The notes under the pieces are model-generated. The model was not told where the DNA came from. It worked only from the letters and a program-made list of their open reading frames with translations, and did no database searches. DNA of 64,000 nt from Candidatus Woesearchaeota archaeon (lineage in GTDB: Archaea > Nanobdellota > Nanobdellia > Pacearchaeales > GW2011-AR1), in contig CAYUZV010000002.1 in the NCBI GenBank assembly GCA_964448605.1, positions 39,804 to 103,803 on the forward strand. The letters run 5' to 3'. Positions 44,417 through 53,824 of the stretch are shown in pieces. A program made the position numbers and the translations under genes. Within the stretch, counting starts at the first letter, position 1; each line of letters starts with the position of its first letter.

Positions 44417-44581
44417 TTATGCTATTGGAAAGAAAATTTTCATTATTGCTACAAATGCTATTATAAGAATTATGAATAGGACGACTTGTGCAGGGCTAAA
44501 CATAAAACGGCTTTTATATTCTTCATTATACCTCATTAATCCTCCGAAACTTGAAGGCATATGAATTCCTTGATTTGCCAT
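44417..44581 (-). CDS. preprotein translocase Sec61-beta/SecG (54 aa, below the track cutoff)
   Basis: MANQGIHMPSSFGGLMRYNEEYKSRFMFSPAQVVLFIILIIAFVAIMKIFFPIA. Shows the GL.RY..E motif plus a tail-anchor TM helix. Confidence 0.6.
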   Translation of the reverse strand: MANQGIHMPSSFGGLMRYNEEYKSRFMFSPAQVVLFIILIIAFVAIMKIFFPIA

Positions 44582-44874
44582 ATTAATTAGAGAAAGAGGG
44601 TGTTTTTAAATGTTCTGATAGATTTAAATGTGCGACCACTAAACATATGTTGTAAGTTGAATTATTTTATTTACACATAAATTTTAGGAGCTTCGCTAAC
44701 CTGAATTTATTTTTTATTAATATCTGGTAAAAATTAAGAGATATGTAAGTAAGATAAGTATTGCAGGTGTGCACTTTTCTAATAGTGAGGCAGGTCTTAT
44801 TAATTTGCACTCCTATGACTTATGCCTGTAAGTTCTGTATGATAGATTTAAAAAATCAATTTGTTTATTTAATT

Positions 44875-45861
44875 ATGGTTAAAAAAGAGGTTGTTGGAAA
44901 AGGTGAGCAAAAGAAAGATTCGACTGGGTTGGTTTTGGCTTTGATTTTTTTGTTTTTGTTGTTTGTTGTTCTGGTTTTTCTTGTTTATTTACTTTATTTG
45001 AATCTTCCTGGAGAAAGTGTTAAGGGACTTGTTATGATAAAAGGACAGGATTTGACAGGTAAGAATTATTCTGCAAGACAGTTTTATCCAAATATGAAAT
45101 TTAATCATAATAATATTTCTTATTCTATTGATATTAATTGTAAGGAAAGTAAGAAGGATAATGTTTTTGATGCATTTCATATTGTTGAAAGCAGGACTCC
45201 TTTGAGTTTTTATGAAGATTCAATAAATCCTGATATTGAAATTTCATGTTCAGAGATTAATCTTGATATTGATGAATCTCACTTTATTGCTGGAGAGGGT
45301 GGTGCAAAAGAGATTGTTCAGACAGGAAGATATAATATTATTAATGAAGGGATTATTTTGCTTTATAATTCGGATAATTCTAAAATTGATAAATGTGATT
45401 ATCCTCATGTAGAGTTGCATGAGCTTATGCATGTTTTTGGATTTAATCATACTGAAAATAAGGGCAGTTTAATGTATCCTTATTTAGAGTCCTGTGAACA
45501 GATTCTTGATGAAAGTATTGTTGGGGAATTGAATATTCTATATTCTCAAGAGAATTTGCCTGATTTTTATTTTAAGAATTTAAGTGCAGTTAGGGAAGGA
45601 AGAAGACTTGATTTTAATCTTACAATTAAAAATTCAGGTGTTGTTGCATCAAGCACAACTCTTAGTATTTTTGAAAGAGACAAACTTGTTAAAACTATTG
45701 ATTTAGAGGAGATTGGATTTGGTGCAGGAATAACACTTGATATTAAAAATCTCAATCTTCTCTACAGAAATTCAGAAGAAATTAAATTTGTTATAGATAG
45801 TGATAATAAAATAAAAGAAATCAATAAGAAAAATAATGTTGCAATTATAAACTTTAAATAA
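44875..45861 (+). CDS. membrane-anchored metzincin-type zinc protease with C-terminal CARDB-like domain
   Basis: HELMHVFGFNHTENKGSLMYPY (HExxHxxGxxH plus Met-turn). ATG at 44875 followed by a TM helix. Confidence 0.65.
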   Translation: MVKKEVVGKGEQKKDSTGLVLALIFLFLLFVVLVFLVYLLYLNLPGESVKGLVMIKGQDLTGKNYSARQFYPNMKFNHNNISYSIDINCKESKKDNVFDAFHIVESRTPLSFYEDSINPDIEISCSEINLDIDESHFIAGEGGAKEIVQTGRYNIINEGIILLYNSDNSKIDKCDYPHVELHELMHVFGFNHTENKGSLMYPYLESCEQILDESIVGELNILYSQENLPDFYFKNLSAVREGRRLDFNLTIKNSGVVASSTTLSIFERDKLVKTIDLEEIGFGAGITLDIKNLNLLYRNSEEIKFVIDSDNKIKEINKKNNVAIINFK

Positions 45862-45893
45862 TTAATCTAAAGAAGCAAATAAAAAAATAAAAA

Positions 45894-46178
45894 TTATTCT
45901 TCTTCAGACTCTTCTTCAGGTTCTTCATCTGAGTCTATGTCTTCAGATTCTGATGAATCTTCAGATTCTTCACCTGAATCCGTACTTCCAGATTCTTCTT
46001 CAGAACCTTCTGATTCTTCACCTGAATCCATTTCTTCAGATTCTGATGAATCTTCTGAACTCATTTCTTCTGATCCAGATTCTTCACCTGAATCCGTACT
46101 TCCAGATTCTTCTTCAGGTTCTTCAGAACCTTCTTCTGAAGTTTCTTCAGTTGTTTCCATTTCTTCTTCCATTTTCAA
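45894..46178 (-). CDS. extremely acidic Ser/Glu/Asp/Gly repeat protein
   Basis: 94 aa, almost only E/S/D/G, with the repeat GSEEESGSTDSGEES. Opposite-strand frames are open only because of the repeat. Confidence 0.4.
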   Translation of the reverse strand: MKMEEEMETTEETSEEGSEEPEEESGSTDSGEESGSEEMSSEDSSESEEMDSGEESEGSEEESGSTDSGEESEDSSESEDIDSDEEPEEESEEE

Positions 46179-46430
46179 ACATACCTAATTTAATTAAAAT
46201 AGAATAAGTTTTTTAGTTTTTAAATCTTTGGAGTGTTATTTTACTCTGTTGGAGTGATAGAAAAGGGCTTAGTAAATGCTTTTACCTAAAATATTTATAT
46301 TAATCTCTGCTAATGTTCCGGGTTTTAAGATGTCTTGGAGAAATTTTGGTATAACTATAACTGCTTGTTTTCCGTGTTTTGCAATTTTCTTTGTTATTGT
46401 GATTTTATTTTGCATTTTTAGAATTCTTGG

Positions 46431-46931
46431 TTATCTTGGGTTTTTCGGGATTTGTTCTGGATTATGAGAATCTTGGAATGAATCATAATAACTATCATCC
46501 AAGTCATATCCGTAATCTTCTAAATCTAATTCTCTTAATGCATAAATTTCATTATTTGGGATATCATAACCTAATCCATCATCTTGCCATATGTCAGGAG
46601 TTTCTATTCTAGGAGAATCATTCAAGATTTTCTCTAATTCCCTATAAAGTTCATCATCCTCATGTTCTGCCTGAGATTCTAAATCTTCATCTCTTTTAGA
46701 TTCATAATAATTTTCTGCTTCTGCAATGTAATCTTGAATAAAGGGTTTATTATCCTCTATATCAGGTTTTCTTTCAGGTTCATAGTCCCAATTTTCAAGG
46801 GCTTCATCTATTTTTCTTTGATGTTCTTCTGCTTTTGAATATGCATCTGAATAATATCCTGGGTCAAACTCTAAGTCTGAACCTTTATATTCTTCATCAT
46901 CTTCTTCTGGGAAATCTGTATTGTATGTCAT
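46431..46931 (-). CDS. acidic Tyr/Asp/Glu-rich protein
   Basis: 166-aa ORF. No domain recognised. Confidence 0.4.
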   Translation of the reverse strand: MTYNTDFPEEDDEEYKGSDLEFDPGYYSDAYSKAEEHQRKIDEALENWDYEPERKPDIEDNKPFIQDYIAEAENYYESKRDEDLESQAEHEDDELYRELEKILNDSPRIETPDIWQDDGLGYDIPNNEIYALRELDLEDYGYDLDDSYYDSFQDSHNPEQIPKNPR

Positions 46932-47021
46932 TTTTTTGTTTTATTACATATTTTATACATAAGTGCTGTAAAAAGGGTTTATAAATCTTTCTATTTGTTG
47001 TCATTTTAAAGTTAGAACAAA

Positions 47022-47882
47022 TTAGGATATTATTGTTTGGTTTAGGTTTTCAGATGCAATCATATTGACTGCTTCTTTTATGTAATTGCTTTCTAAAGCG
47101 AATCCTAAACTTTCACCTACTAATTTGAAATTGTTTATTCCAATTGCCTGTCCTTTTGAATTAATTAAGGGGCCTCCTGAATTTCCAGGATTCAATGCCG
47201 CATCTGTCTGTATGTAGGCAGGTATTTGATTTGCTCCTTTTCTGTTAACTCCTGAAATTATTCCTTCTGAAACTGAAAAAGATAAACCTAAAGGATTTCC
47301 AATTGCAATTACTTTTTCACCTACTTTTATTTCATTAGAATTTCCTAATTCTAAATGGGGTAAGGTTCCATCTATTTTTAGTAATGCTAAATCAAGCAAG
47401 GAATTGTATCCTATGAATTCCATATCTTTTGCTTCTCTTTCAGAGGTTATTGCAGTTGCATATCTTGCTCCTGCAAGAACATGTGCATTTGTTATTACAT
47501 AACCTTTTGGTGAAATTATAAAACCAGTTCCTTGTGCAAGGTCTGTCTGAATACTTACAATTGATTTAACTGCTAAATTAATAATGCCTGAAAAATCAGA
47601 ACCTGATTCTGCTTTAATGTAATTTATTTCTTCTGAAAAATCACTTTCGATTTCAATTAGATTATTTGATAATTCTTTTATTTTACTATTTATTTCAGCA
47701 TTATTTAATTCTATTTTTTTATTTAATTGATATTCTGTTGAATTTATTTGTCCTGGTATTTGGGTTAGTTTGAAACCTATTAGGAAAATCAACATTGTCT
47801 GAATTATTAGTAAAAGAAGTATTATAATTATCCAAGTTGTTAATGCTTTGCTGGGTCCTCTTTTTATTGGTTTTTTCACCAT
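47022..47882 (-). CDS. trypsin-like serine protease (S1C/HtrA-like, no PDZ), N-terminal TM
   Basis: GTGFIISPKGYVITNAHV, DLALLKI and NPGNSGGPLIN catalytic-triad contexts. Confidence 0.75.
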   Translation of the reverse strand: MVKKPIKRGPSKALTTWIIIILLLLIIQTMLIFLIGFKLTQIPGQINSTEYQLNKKIELNNAEINSKIKELSNNLIEIESDFSEEINYIKAESGSDFSGIINLAVKSIVSIQTDLAQGTGFIISPKGYVITNAHVLAGARYATAITSEREAKDMEFIGYNSLLDLALLKIDGTLPHLELGNSNEIKVGEKVIAIGNPLGLSFSVSEGIISGVNRKGANQIPAYIQTDAALNPGNSGGPLINSKGQAIGINNFKLVGESLGFALESNYIKEAVNMIASENLNQTIIS

Positions 47883-48361
47883 TATATATTTTAGAAAATA
47901 GATTATTTAAATTTTAGGTTAGGATATTTTTTCTTCTCTCTTGAAATCACCATTTAATAAAATAGGTTTGTCTTTTATTTCATATTCTATCTCGCTGTCT
48001 GATAAATCTATTTCTGTATTTAAAAATTCATCAGGTGCAGATTTTTCATTAATTGGAGTTATTTTTCTGAATTTCATTTTAGAACTCTCTGTATTTGATT
48101 GTTTTTATAAGGTAAAGGAGATATATAAGTTTTTTGGTGATTTTGCTGTGTGGACTCCTGAGACCTATTTTAAGAAGGATGAAACTTTTTTTAGAAAATT
48201 AAGGAAAACAAGTTTAACTCTAATTTTTCTTGATATTGGTAATATGTAAGGGATAATTCATAGATTGTTCATGTATGTTGGATAATTTATCAAATGTAAA
48301 TAAAGTAATTTAAAGTAAGATATGTCCTTGCTTCTACACAGTAATTTTGGATTGTGGATAA

Positions 48362-48370
48362 ATTTAAATA
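48362..48370 (+). promoter_or_regulatory. TATA box candidate for tRNA-Asn
   Basis: atttaaata lies 24-32 nt upstream of the tRNA 5' end. Confidence 0.4.
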
Positions 48371-48393
48371 CCAATTAATTTTTGAAATATTAA

Positions 48394-48466
48394 GTCTCGG
48401 TAGCTCAGTTGGTAGAGCGCACGGCTGTTAACCGTGATGTCGGAGGTTCGAGTCCTTCCCGAGACG
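48394..48466 (+). tRNA. tRNA-Asn (GUU)
   Basis: Acceptor GTCTCGG/CCGAGAC, anticodon arm CACGG-CTGTTAA-CCGTG, T arm GGAGG-TTCGAGT-CCTTC. Confidence 0.9.
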
Positions 48467-48590
48467 TTTAATCTTCTAAATATTTTTGAGAATTTTTAAT
48501 TGTTGTATAAATTAATTTAGTTCTTATTCGGGAGTATAGTAATTGATTGGTTAAATTGTCTTCTGGAAATTCATGTCATGAACAATTGCC

Positions 48591-49070
48591 TCAATGTTTT
48601 TCTATTGTGTTTGAGTTTCCATTTTTCAATACCATTCTCCATTTTTTAGAAGTTTTCTTTTTATTAAACCAGTTTTTGTTGAATTTTTTGAAGGTTATTT
48701 TAAAATTATTTCCATTAGAAGGGTCTGCTAAAATTAAATGAGTTTTTGTATATCCTTTTATAACTGAATAATGTCCTCTTTGGGATTGAGGGTTTATATA
48801 ATTTACAAGGACAGGGATTTTTTTGTCTATGAATTTTTTTATTTCATTTATTGAAGAATTGTTTTTTGCACTAACTCTGAAATTATTTTTTCTTGCTGTT
48901 TGAATGAGGATTTTGTGGCTTGTTCCTCTTCCTTTTACTGGATTGCATTGTTTTATTATTTTTTGAATTGGAATTTTTTTTCCATAATATTGAAAAATCA
49001 TTTTAAGAGAAACTGGTCCACAAGCTGAACTTCCTTTTTTTTGTGAGTAATGTTTTAGATTTATTACCAT
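48591..49070 (-). CDS. papain-like cysteine peptidase (C39-like)
   Basis: HYSQKKGSSACGPVSLKMIFQYYG (Cys context) and RGHYSVIKGY (His context). Confidence 0.5.
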   Translation of the reverse strand: MVINLKHYSQKKGSSACGPVSLKMIFQYYGKKIPIQKIIKQCNPVKGRGTSHKILIQTARKNNFRVSAKNNSSINEIKKFIDKKIPVLVNYINPQSQRGHYSVIKGYTKTHLILADPSNGNNFKITFKKFNKNWFNKKKTSKKWRMVLKNGNSNTIEKH

Positions 49071-49231
49071 TTTGGAATATAATCTTCACCTTCTATTCTA
49101 TTAGGTATAATTGAAACTACATTTATAGAATCTCCGTCAAAGTCCCTCACAGTTGTTCTTTTTATTCTGAATTCTGGTTGGTAGGGTTTTTCTTCTTGTT
49201 CTTGTGAGTAATTATTTCTTGGTGCTATCAT
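49064..49231 (-). CDS. 55-aa ORF between the ATP-grasp and peptidase genes (below the track cutoff)
   Basis: MIAPRNNYSQEQEEKPYQPEFRIKRTTVRDFDGDSINVVSIIPNRIEGEDYIPKW. Its stop overlaps the next ATG (atggtaa). Confidence 0.35.
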   Translation of the reverse strand: MIAPRNNYSQEQEEKPYQPEFRIKRTTVRDFDGDSINVVSIIPNRIEGEDYIPKW

Positions 49232-49232
49232 T

Positions 49233-50276
49233 TTAAACTGCTATTGCCTCCATTAAACATTTATTTTGAATATCTGCTTTAATTTGTTCTGCTATTTCTG
49301 ATGCTATTCCGTTATCTCCATAATTTCCTCTTGACAAATCAACTCCCACTAAACATCCAGGACTTACTGCATTAATCTCTCCTAAATAAGTTTGAGGAAA
49401 TTCCTCATCTCCTGAATAAAAGACATCTATTCCAGCCCAATAAACTTCTTTTTTACTTAAAAGAGGGTTTATTGAATCCACAATTCTCCAATCATCTTCT
49501 GTTAATTCTGTTTTTTGAAGAGAACCTCCTTGTTTTACATTGCATCTAAATTCACCTATGTCTGGAACTCTCATTACTGCACCATAAGGTTCTCCATTTA
49601 TTACATGAATTCTTTTATCTCCATAAATTCCTGGAATGTTTTCCTGTAAAATTGCTGGCTTAGTTTTATTTTCAGTTAATCTGTTACATAATGAAACTAA
49701 ATCTTCAAAATTTTGTTCATTTAAGTTTATTCTTTCTATTCCGTTTCCACCAAAACCATTAGCTGGTTTGTAGATTAATTTTTCATCTCCTTCTTTTATT
49801 CTTAAATACATAAATTCTGCAAGTCTTTCTGAATCTGAATCTGCAATTGTTGCTGGCAAAATTCCCGGATTTTCTCTTGCAATATCTTCAAGATAATTTT
49901 TGTTTCCAAAATATTTTTGAGATTCAGGTGAATTTATAAATAATCTTCTTCCATTATTGTATTTTTCTAATTCATCTAAAAAGTCTTTTCTTATTGGAGG
50001 GTCAAATCTCACTAAAACTATGTCTGCTTGTTCAGCTAAATTTGGATTAGGTGTTGTTGATAGTGCAATTTTAAAATAAGAATCTAATGCCATTATTCCT
50101 GCCAGATATCTTGTAGAATCTCCTTCTCTATCTAATCCTTCTTCATCAATATAGATAAGAACTTTTGCTCTGTTCTCTAAATCAGAATATGAATCTCCAA
50201 ATATCTCCTTGCTTCTTTCAGGAACAATTCCAATTGCTCCTCTTCCATTTTTTATTCTATAATTTCCGTTTGTCAT
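49233..50276 (-). CDS. ATP-grasp ligase (GshB/RimK-like)
   Basis: KPANGFGGNGI, DKRIHVINGEPYGAVMRVP..GEFRCNVKQGGS and GIDVF...YLGEINAVSPG. Confidence 0.7.
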   Translation of the reverse strand: MTNGNYRIKNGRGAIGIVPERSKEIFGDSYSDLENRAKVLIYIDEEGLDREGDSTRYLAGIMALDSYFKIALSTTPNPNLAEQADIVLVRFDPPIRKDFLDELEKYNNGRRLFINSPESQKYFGNKNYLEDIARENPGILPATIADSDSERLAEFMYLRIKEGDEKLIYKPANGFGGNGIERINLNEQNFEDLVSLCNRLTENKTKPAILQENIPGIYGDKRIHVINGEPYGAVMRVPDIGEFRCNVKQGGSLQKTELTEDDWRIVDSINPLLSKKEVYWAGIDVFYSGDEEFPQTYLGEINAVSPGCLVGVDLSRGNYGDNGIASEIAEQIKADIQNKCLMEAIAV

Positions 50277-50388
50277 TCTAATGTTTTACCTCTTAGTAAC
50301 AACATGTAAAAAAACTATTTAAAATATCTTAAGTGTTTTTTTGTAAAAAGGGAAAGATTTATAAATAAATAAAACTTTTTTACAAAAA

Positions 50389-50535
50389 ATGAAAACAAAG
50401 ATTAAGAAATTAAAATTTCAGACTTTTGTTTTCAATAAAATTAAAGAAAATGAAAACAAAAATTAAGAAATTAAAATTTCAGACTTTTGTTTTCAATAAA
50501 ATTAAAGAAAATGAAAACAAAAATTAAGAAATTAT
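50389..50535 (+). repeat. 61-nt tandem repeat (2.4 copies) duplicating the start of the downstream regulator gene
   Basis: Units start at 50389, 50450 and 50511. Each carries ATGAAAACAAAAATTAAGAAATTA and the inverted pair tgaaaacaaaa/ttttgttttca. Confidence 0.8.
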
Positions 50536-51464
50536 TATTTGAGTATTCTGAAAATTCTCGGATAACAACTAAAGAATTGGGTAAAAAAATTGGAGCCAGT
50601 CAGCAGTCTGCATTTTATCTTTTGAATACTTTTAGGAAAAAGAAGATTATTAGTCCTGCTGTTCTTGTTGATGCTATTAAGTTAGGTTATACTAATGTGA
50701 TTGTTGGTTTTAATTTTTTAAAGAATGATTCTTATACAAGAAAAGAGATTGTTGATGAATTGAAAAAAGTTGATTCTATAATTGCAATAGAAGAGGGTAA
50801 AGAGGGTATTGATTTGATTGTTGAGTATTCGTGTTTGAATTTGTCTGCTTTTAATAAGATTCATTCAGAGATAATTTATAAGTTTTTTAAAAAGTTAAGA
50901 ACTACTTTTGTTTTTCCAATAATAGTTATAAGAGAGTATTCTCGCAGATATCTTACAAAAAAATATTGCAATAGGGATGTGATTCTTTCAGGTGATAGGG
51001 AGTTGAAAGAACTTAATGAAAATGAATTAAAGGTTCTTGATGAACTTGTTGATTTTCCTGAAAAAAAAATTATTGATATTTCTGATTCTCTGAAAATGAA
51101 TGTTAAGTCTGTTATTAAAATTAAGAAATCTCTTGAAAAAAAGTTTATTATAAAGGGCTATGGTGCTGTTTTTAATCATTTGAAATTGAGTGTGAATCGG
51201 CAGATGATTTTTCTTAGGTTTTCAGGTGAAGGGGGTGTGAAGGATATTGATAAATTTAATGATTATGCTAAAAATAACAAAAATATTGTTAAATTTGTTA
51301 AACTTATTGGAGAGTATCAGGTTTTGGTTTTTGTTGAGAGTTTGAAAGAAATTGAGATAATCAAGGATATAAGGACTAGTTTTCCAATAGAAAGTTATCT
51401 TATAATTAAAAGTGATAAGATGCACAAGAAAAGGTATCTTCCAAAACAAACATATTTAAAGTAG
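50511..51464 (+). CDS. Lrp/AsnC-type regulator with two tandem HTH + ligand-domain modules
   Basis: LLFEYSENSRITTKELGKKIGASQQSAFYLLNTFRKKKII, and a second module LKVLDELVDFPEKKIIDISDSLKMNVKSVIKIKKSLEKKFII. Confidence 0.55.
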   Translation: MKTKIKKLLFEYSENSRITTKELGKKIGASQQSAFYLLNTFRKKKIISPAVLVDAIKLGYTNVIVGFNFLKNDSYTRKEIVDELKKVDSIIAIEEGKEGIDLIVEYSCLNLSAFNKIHSEIIYKFFKKLRTTFVFPIIVIREYSRRYLTKKYCNRDVILSGDRELKELNENELKVLDELVDFPEKKIIDISDSLKMNVKSVIKIKKSLEKKFIIKGYGAVFNHLKLSVNRQMIFLRFSGEGGVKDIDKFNDYAKNNKNIVKFVKLIGEYQVLVFVESLKEIEIIKDIRTSFPIESYLIIKSDKMHKKRYLPKQTYLK

Positions 51465-51498
51465 TTTAAATAGTTTAATAAGTAAAAAGGAGAAGAAA

Positions 51499-52830
51499 AT
51501 GAAAATTTATGCAGTAGGTGGTTATAATGAAGTGGGTAAGAATATGACTGCTGTGGATTTGGGTGATGATGTGATTTTGTTTGATTGTGGGTTTTTTTTG
51601 CCCCCTATTGTTGAACTTGAAGAAACAGAAAAAGCTTATAGTGAAAAAAAACTTCGTTCAATAAAAGCTGTTCCGAATGATATTTTGCTGGATAAACTTG
51701 GATTAAGGTCTAAAGTTCGGGCAATAATCCCGAGTCATGCTCATCTTGACCATATTGGTGCTATTCCATTTCTTGCTTACAGATATAATGCTGATGTTAT
51801 TGGAACTCCTTATACTATTGAAGTTTTGAAAACTCTTTTGAAGGATGAAAAAATTCAGCTTAAAAATAATTTGAGAACAATACAACCAAATTCATTTTGT
51901 TATGTTCAGGGAAAGAATCGGAAGTATAAAGTTGATTTTATTAATATAACTCATTCAACTCTGCAGACTTCGCTTGTAGCATTGCATACTCCTGAAGGGA
52001 TTGTTCTTTATGCTAATGATTTTAAACTTGATGATAATCCTATTTTGGGTAAAAAACCGAATTATGAGAAAATGAAAGAGATTGCTAAAGAGGGTGTTAA
52101 GGTTTTAATTGTTGATTCTCTTTATTCAGGTGATGAGAGGAAAACTGCGAGTGAGAAGGTTGCAAGGACACTTTTAGAAGAAGTTTTATTGACTACTGAA
52201 AATAGTAATAATGGTTTGATTGTGACTACATTTTCTTCGCATATTGCAAGATTAAAGTCTATTGTGGAGTTTGGTAAAATGCTTGACAGGAAAGTTGTTT
52301 TTTTAGGAAGGAGTTTGAATAAATATGTTTCTGCTGCTTCAAAGGTTGATTTGTGTCCTTTTAGAAAAGATATTGAGATTGGGAGTTACAGAAAGCAGTT
52401 AGAGAGAAAGTTGAATAATGTTGCTCAGAAAAAAACAAAGTATATGGTTGTTTGCACGGGACATCAGGGTGAACCAGGTAGTATTTTGGATAGATTGGCT
52501 CGGAATAAACTGCCTTTTAAAATTCAGAAAAATGACCATGTTGTTTTTTCTTCATCAGTTATTCCTGCTCCTACCAATATTGAAAATAGAGAAGTTTTAG
52601 ATAATAAGTTGAAAAAAATAGGTGCGAGGATTTTTAATAATATTCATGTTAGTGGGCATGCTGGTCGTGAGGATTTGAGGGATTTTGTGAATATGCTTAA
52701 TCCAGAACATATTATTCCAGCTCATGGTTCGCATGATAAAATTGAACCAATGATGGAACTTGCTCGTGAATTAGGTTACAAACCTAAAAATCTTCATTTA
52801 TTAAATGATGGTGGAAAAGTGGATTTGTAA
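51499..52830 (+). CDS. rnj: archaeal RNase J (metallo-beta-lactamase/beta-CASP)
   Basis: IIPSHAHLDHIGAIPFL and C-terminal HVSGHAGREDL...IIPAHGS. Confidence 0.8.
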   Translation: MKIYAVGGYNEVGKNMTAVDLGDDVILFDCGFFLPPIVELEETEKAYSEKKLRSIKAVPNDILLDKLGLRSKVRAIIPSHAHLDHIGAIPFLAYRYNADVIGTPYTIEVLKTLLKDEKIQLKNNLRTIQPNSFCYVQGKNRKYKVDFINITHSTLQTSLVALHTPEGIVLYANDFKLDDNPILGKKPNYEKMKEIAKEGVKVLIVDSLYSGDERKTASEKVARTLLEEVLLTTENSNNGLIVTTFSSHIARLKSIVEFGKMLDRKVVFLGRSLNKYVSAASKVDLCPFRKDIEIGSYRKQLERKLNNVAQKKTKYMVVCTGHQGEPGSILDRLARNKLPFKIQKNDHVVFSSSVIPAPTNIENREVLDNKLKKIGARIFNNIHVSGHAGREDLRDFVNMLNPEHIIPAHGSHDKIEPMMELARELGYKPKNLHLLNDGGKVDL

Positions 52831-52831
52831 G

Positions 52832-53005
52832 ATGGTTGAAAAAAATATTTTGAAGAGAGTATTTAATTGGGTGTTGAATATCTTGTTATTTTTACTATTA
52901 GTTTTAGGGATATATTTATTTTATAATAGAATTTTTGAAAGTTGGATTATTCTTGGTTTTGGTTTTCAGGAAATTAAAAAATTATTAGAAGATAAAAAAT
53001 GGTAA
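52832..53005 (+). CDS. small membrane protein
   Basis: 57 aa, one or two TM helices. Confidence 0.3.
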   Translation: MVEKNILKRVFNWVLNILLFLLLVLGIYLFYNRIFESWIILGFGFQEIKKLLEDKKW

Positions 53006-53772
53006 AAGAAGAGATTGTGACATCTTTGAAAAATGCTGTTGAACATGGAGAGAGTTTGCAGGTTGCTGTTCAGACTTTGATTAATTCAGGTTATGATGCT
53101 AATGAGGTTCAGGATGCATCTAAATATGTTAGTGGTGGTGTTATTGGACAGGTTGAAGCAAGTGATGAAGAGCAGTTGATAATGCCTGAAGAAAAGGGAT
53201 TTTTTTCTAAATTATTTGGTCGGAAAAAGAAAGAGAGTGTGGGAGGACCTCCTCCTGAAGTTCCTGTTCCAAGTAATGTTGAGGTTCAGAAAAATTCGGC
53301 TTCAGGGCAGAAGGTTGGAGGACAACAAGGACAATCAATGGAAAATGCTATGAATAATCAAAATTCTCAAATGCCTAAAGGAGCAGGAGGTGGTGAAGGT
53401 GTTATAGGGCAGTTGGGTGGTTCTGGTGGTGTTGGTGGGCAAGGTGGTGGTGTTCAGGGTGGTGCTGGTTTAGGTGGTGGGCAAGGTGGTGGTGGTGTTG
53501 GTGGGCAAGGTGGTGGTGTTCAGAGTGGTGCTGGTTTAGGTGGTGGGCAAGGTGGTGGTGGTGTTCAGGGTAATTTTAAAGGTGGAAAAGTTCCTCCAAA
53601 TTTAGGAGGTGGTTTTCCAGCAAAACCTCTTAATAAAATTGAAGTGAGTGGGAAAGAAAAAAAATCTTATTTTAAGGAAATAATTTTGCTTATTATACTA
53701 ATTTTGTTAGTTGGTGTTTTAATTTTCAGTATATTTTTTAGAGAAAGTATTCTTGGATTTTTTAGTGGTTGA
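52999..53772 (+). CDS. Gly-rich repeat protein with C-terminal TM anchor
   Basis: The 22-aa unit GGVGGQGGGVQGGAGLGGGQGG is tandemly repeated (nt 53425-53570). C-terminal IILLIILILLVGVLIFSIFF. Confidence 0.5.
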   Translation: MVKEEIVTSLKNAVEHGESLQVAVQTLINSGYDANEVQDASKYVSGGVIGQVEASDEEQLIMPEEKGFFSKLFGRKKKESVGGPPPEVPVPSNVEVQKNSASGQKVGGQQGQSMENAMNNQNSQMPKGAGGGEGVIGQLGGSGGVGGQGGGVQGGAGLGGGQGGGGVGGQGGGVQSGAGLGGGQGGGGVQGNFKGGKVPPNLGGGFPAKPLNKIEVSGKEKKSYFKEIILLIILILLVGVLIFSIFFRESILGFFSG

Positions 53773-53824
53773 AGTTTGTTTGAGAAGGGCATAGATTTAA
53801 GTAGAGTTGAGAATCTTTTTGAAT

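Noticed and set aside
44382-44564. The 60-aa plus-strand track ORF
   Set aside because: The opposite strand encodes a convincing Sec61-beta-like tail-anchored protein (44417-44581).
45937-46207. The two plus-strand ORFs overlapping the acidic-protein gene
   Set aside because: These are shadow frames kept open by the GAA/GAT/TCT repeat. The minus-strand frame has an ATG and a coherent repeat structure.
47941-48249. The 102-aa plus-strand ORF (non-ATG start)
   Set aside because: It has low-complexity Phe/Ser/Ile composition, no promoter-like element and no motif. A 51-codon minus-strand ORF starting at 48077 is also possible but is equally unsupported.
50487-50510. The upstream start (50487) for the Lrp-like regulator
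   Set aside because: That start lies inside the 61-nt tandem repeat. The ATG at 50511 begins the third repeat unit and gives MKTKIKKLLFEYSENSR, a normal N-terminus for the HTH domain.
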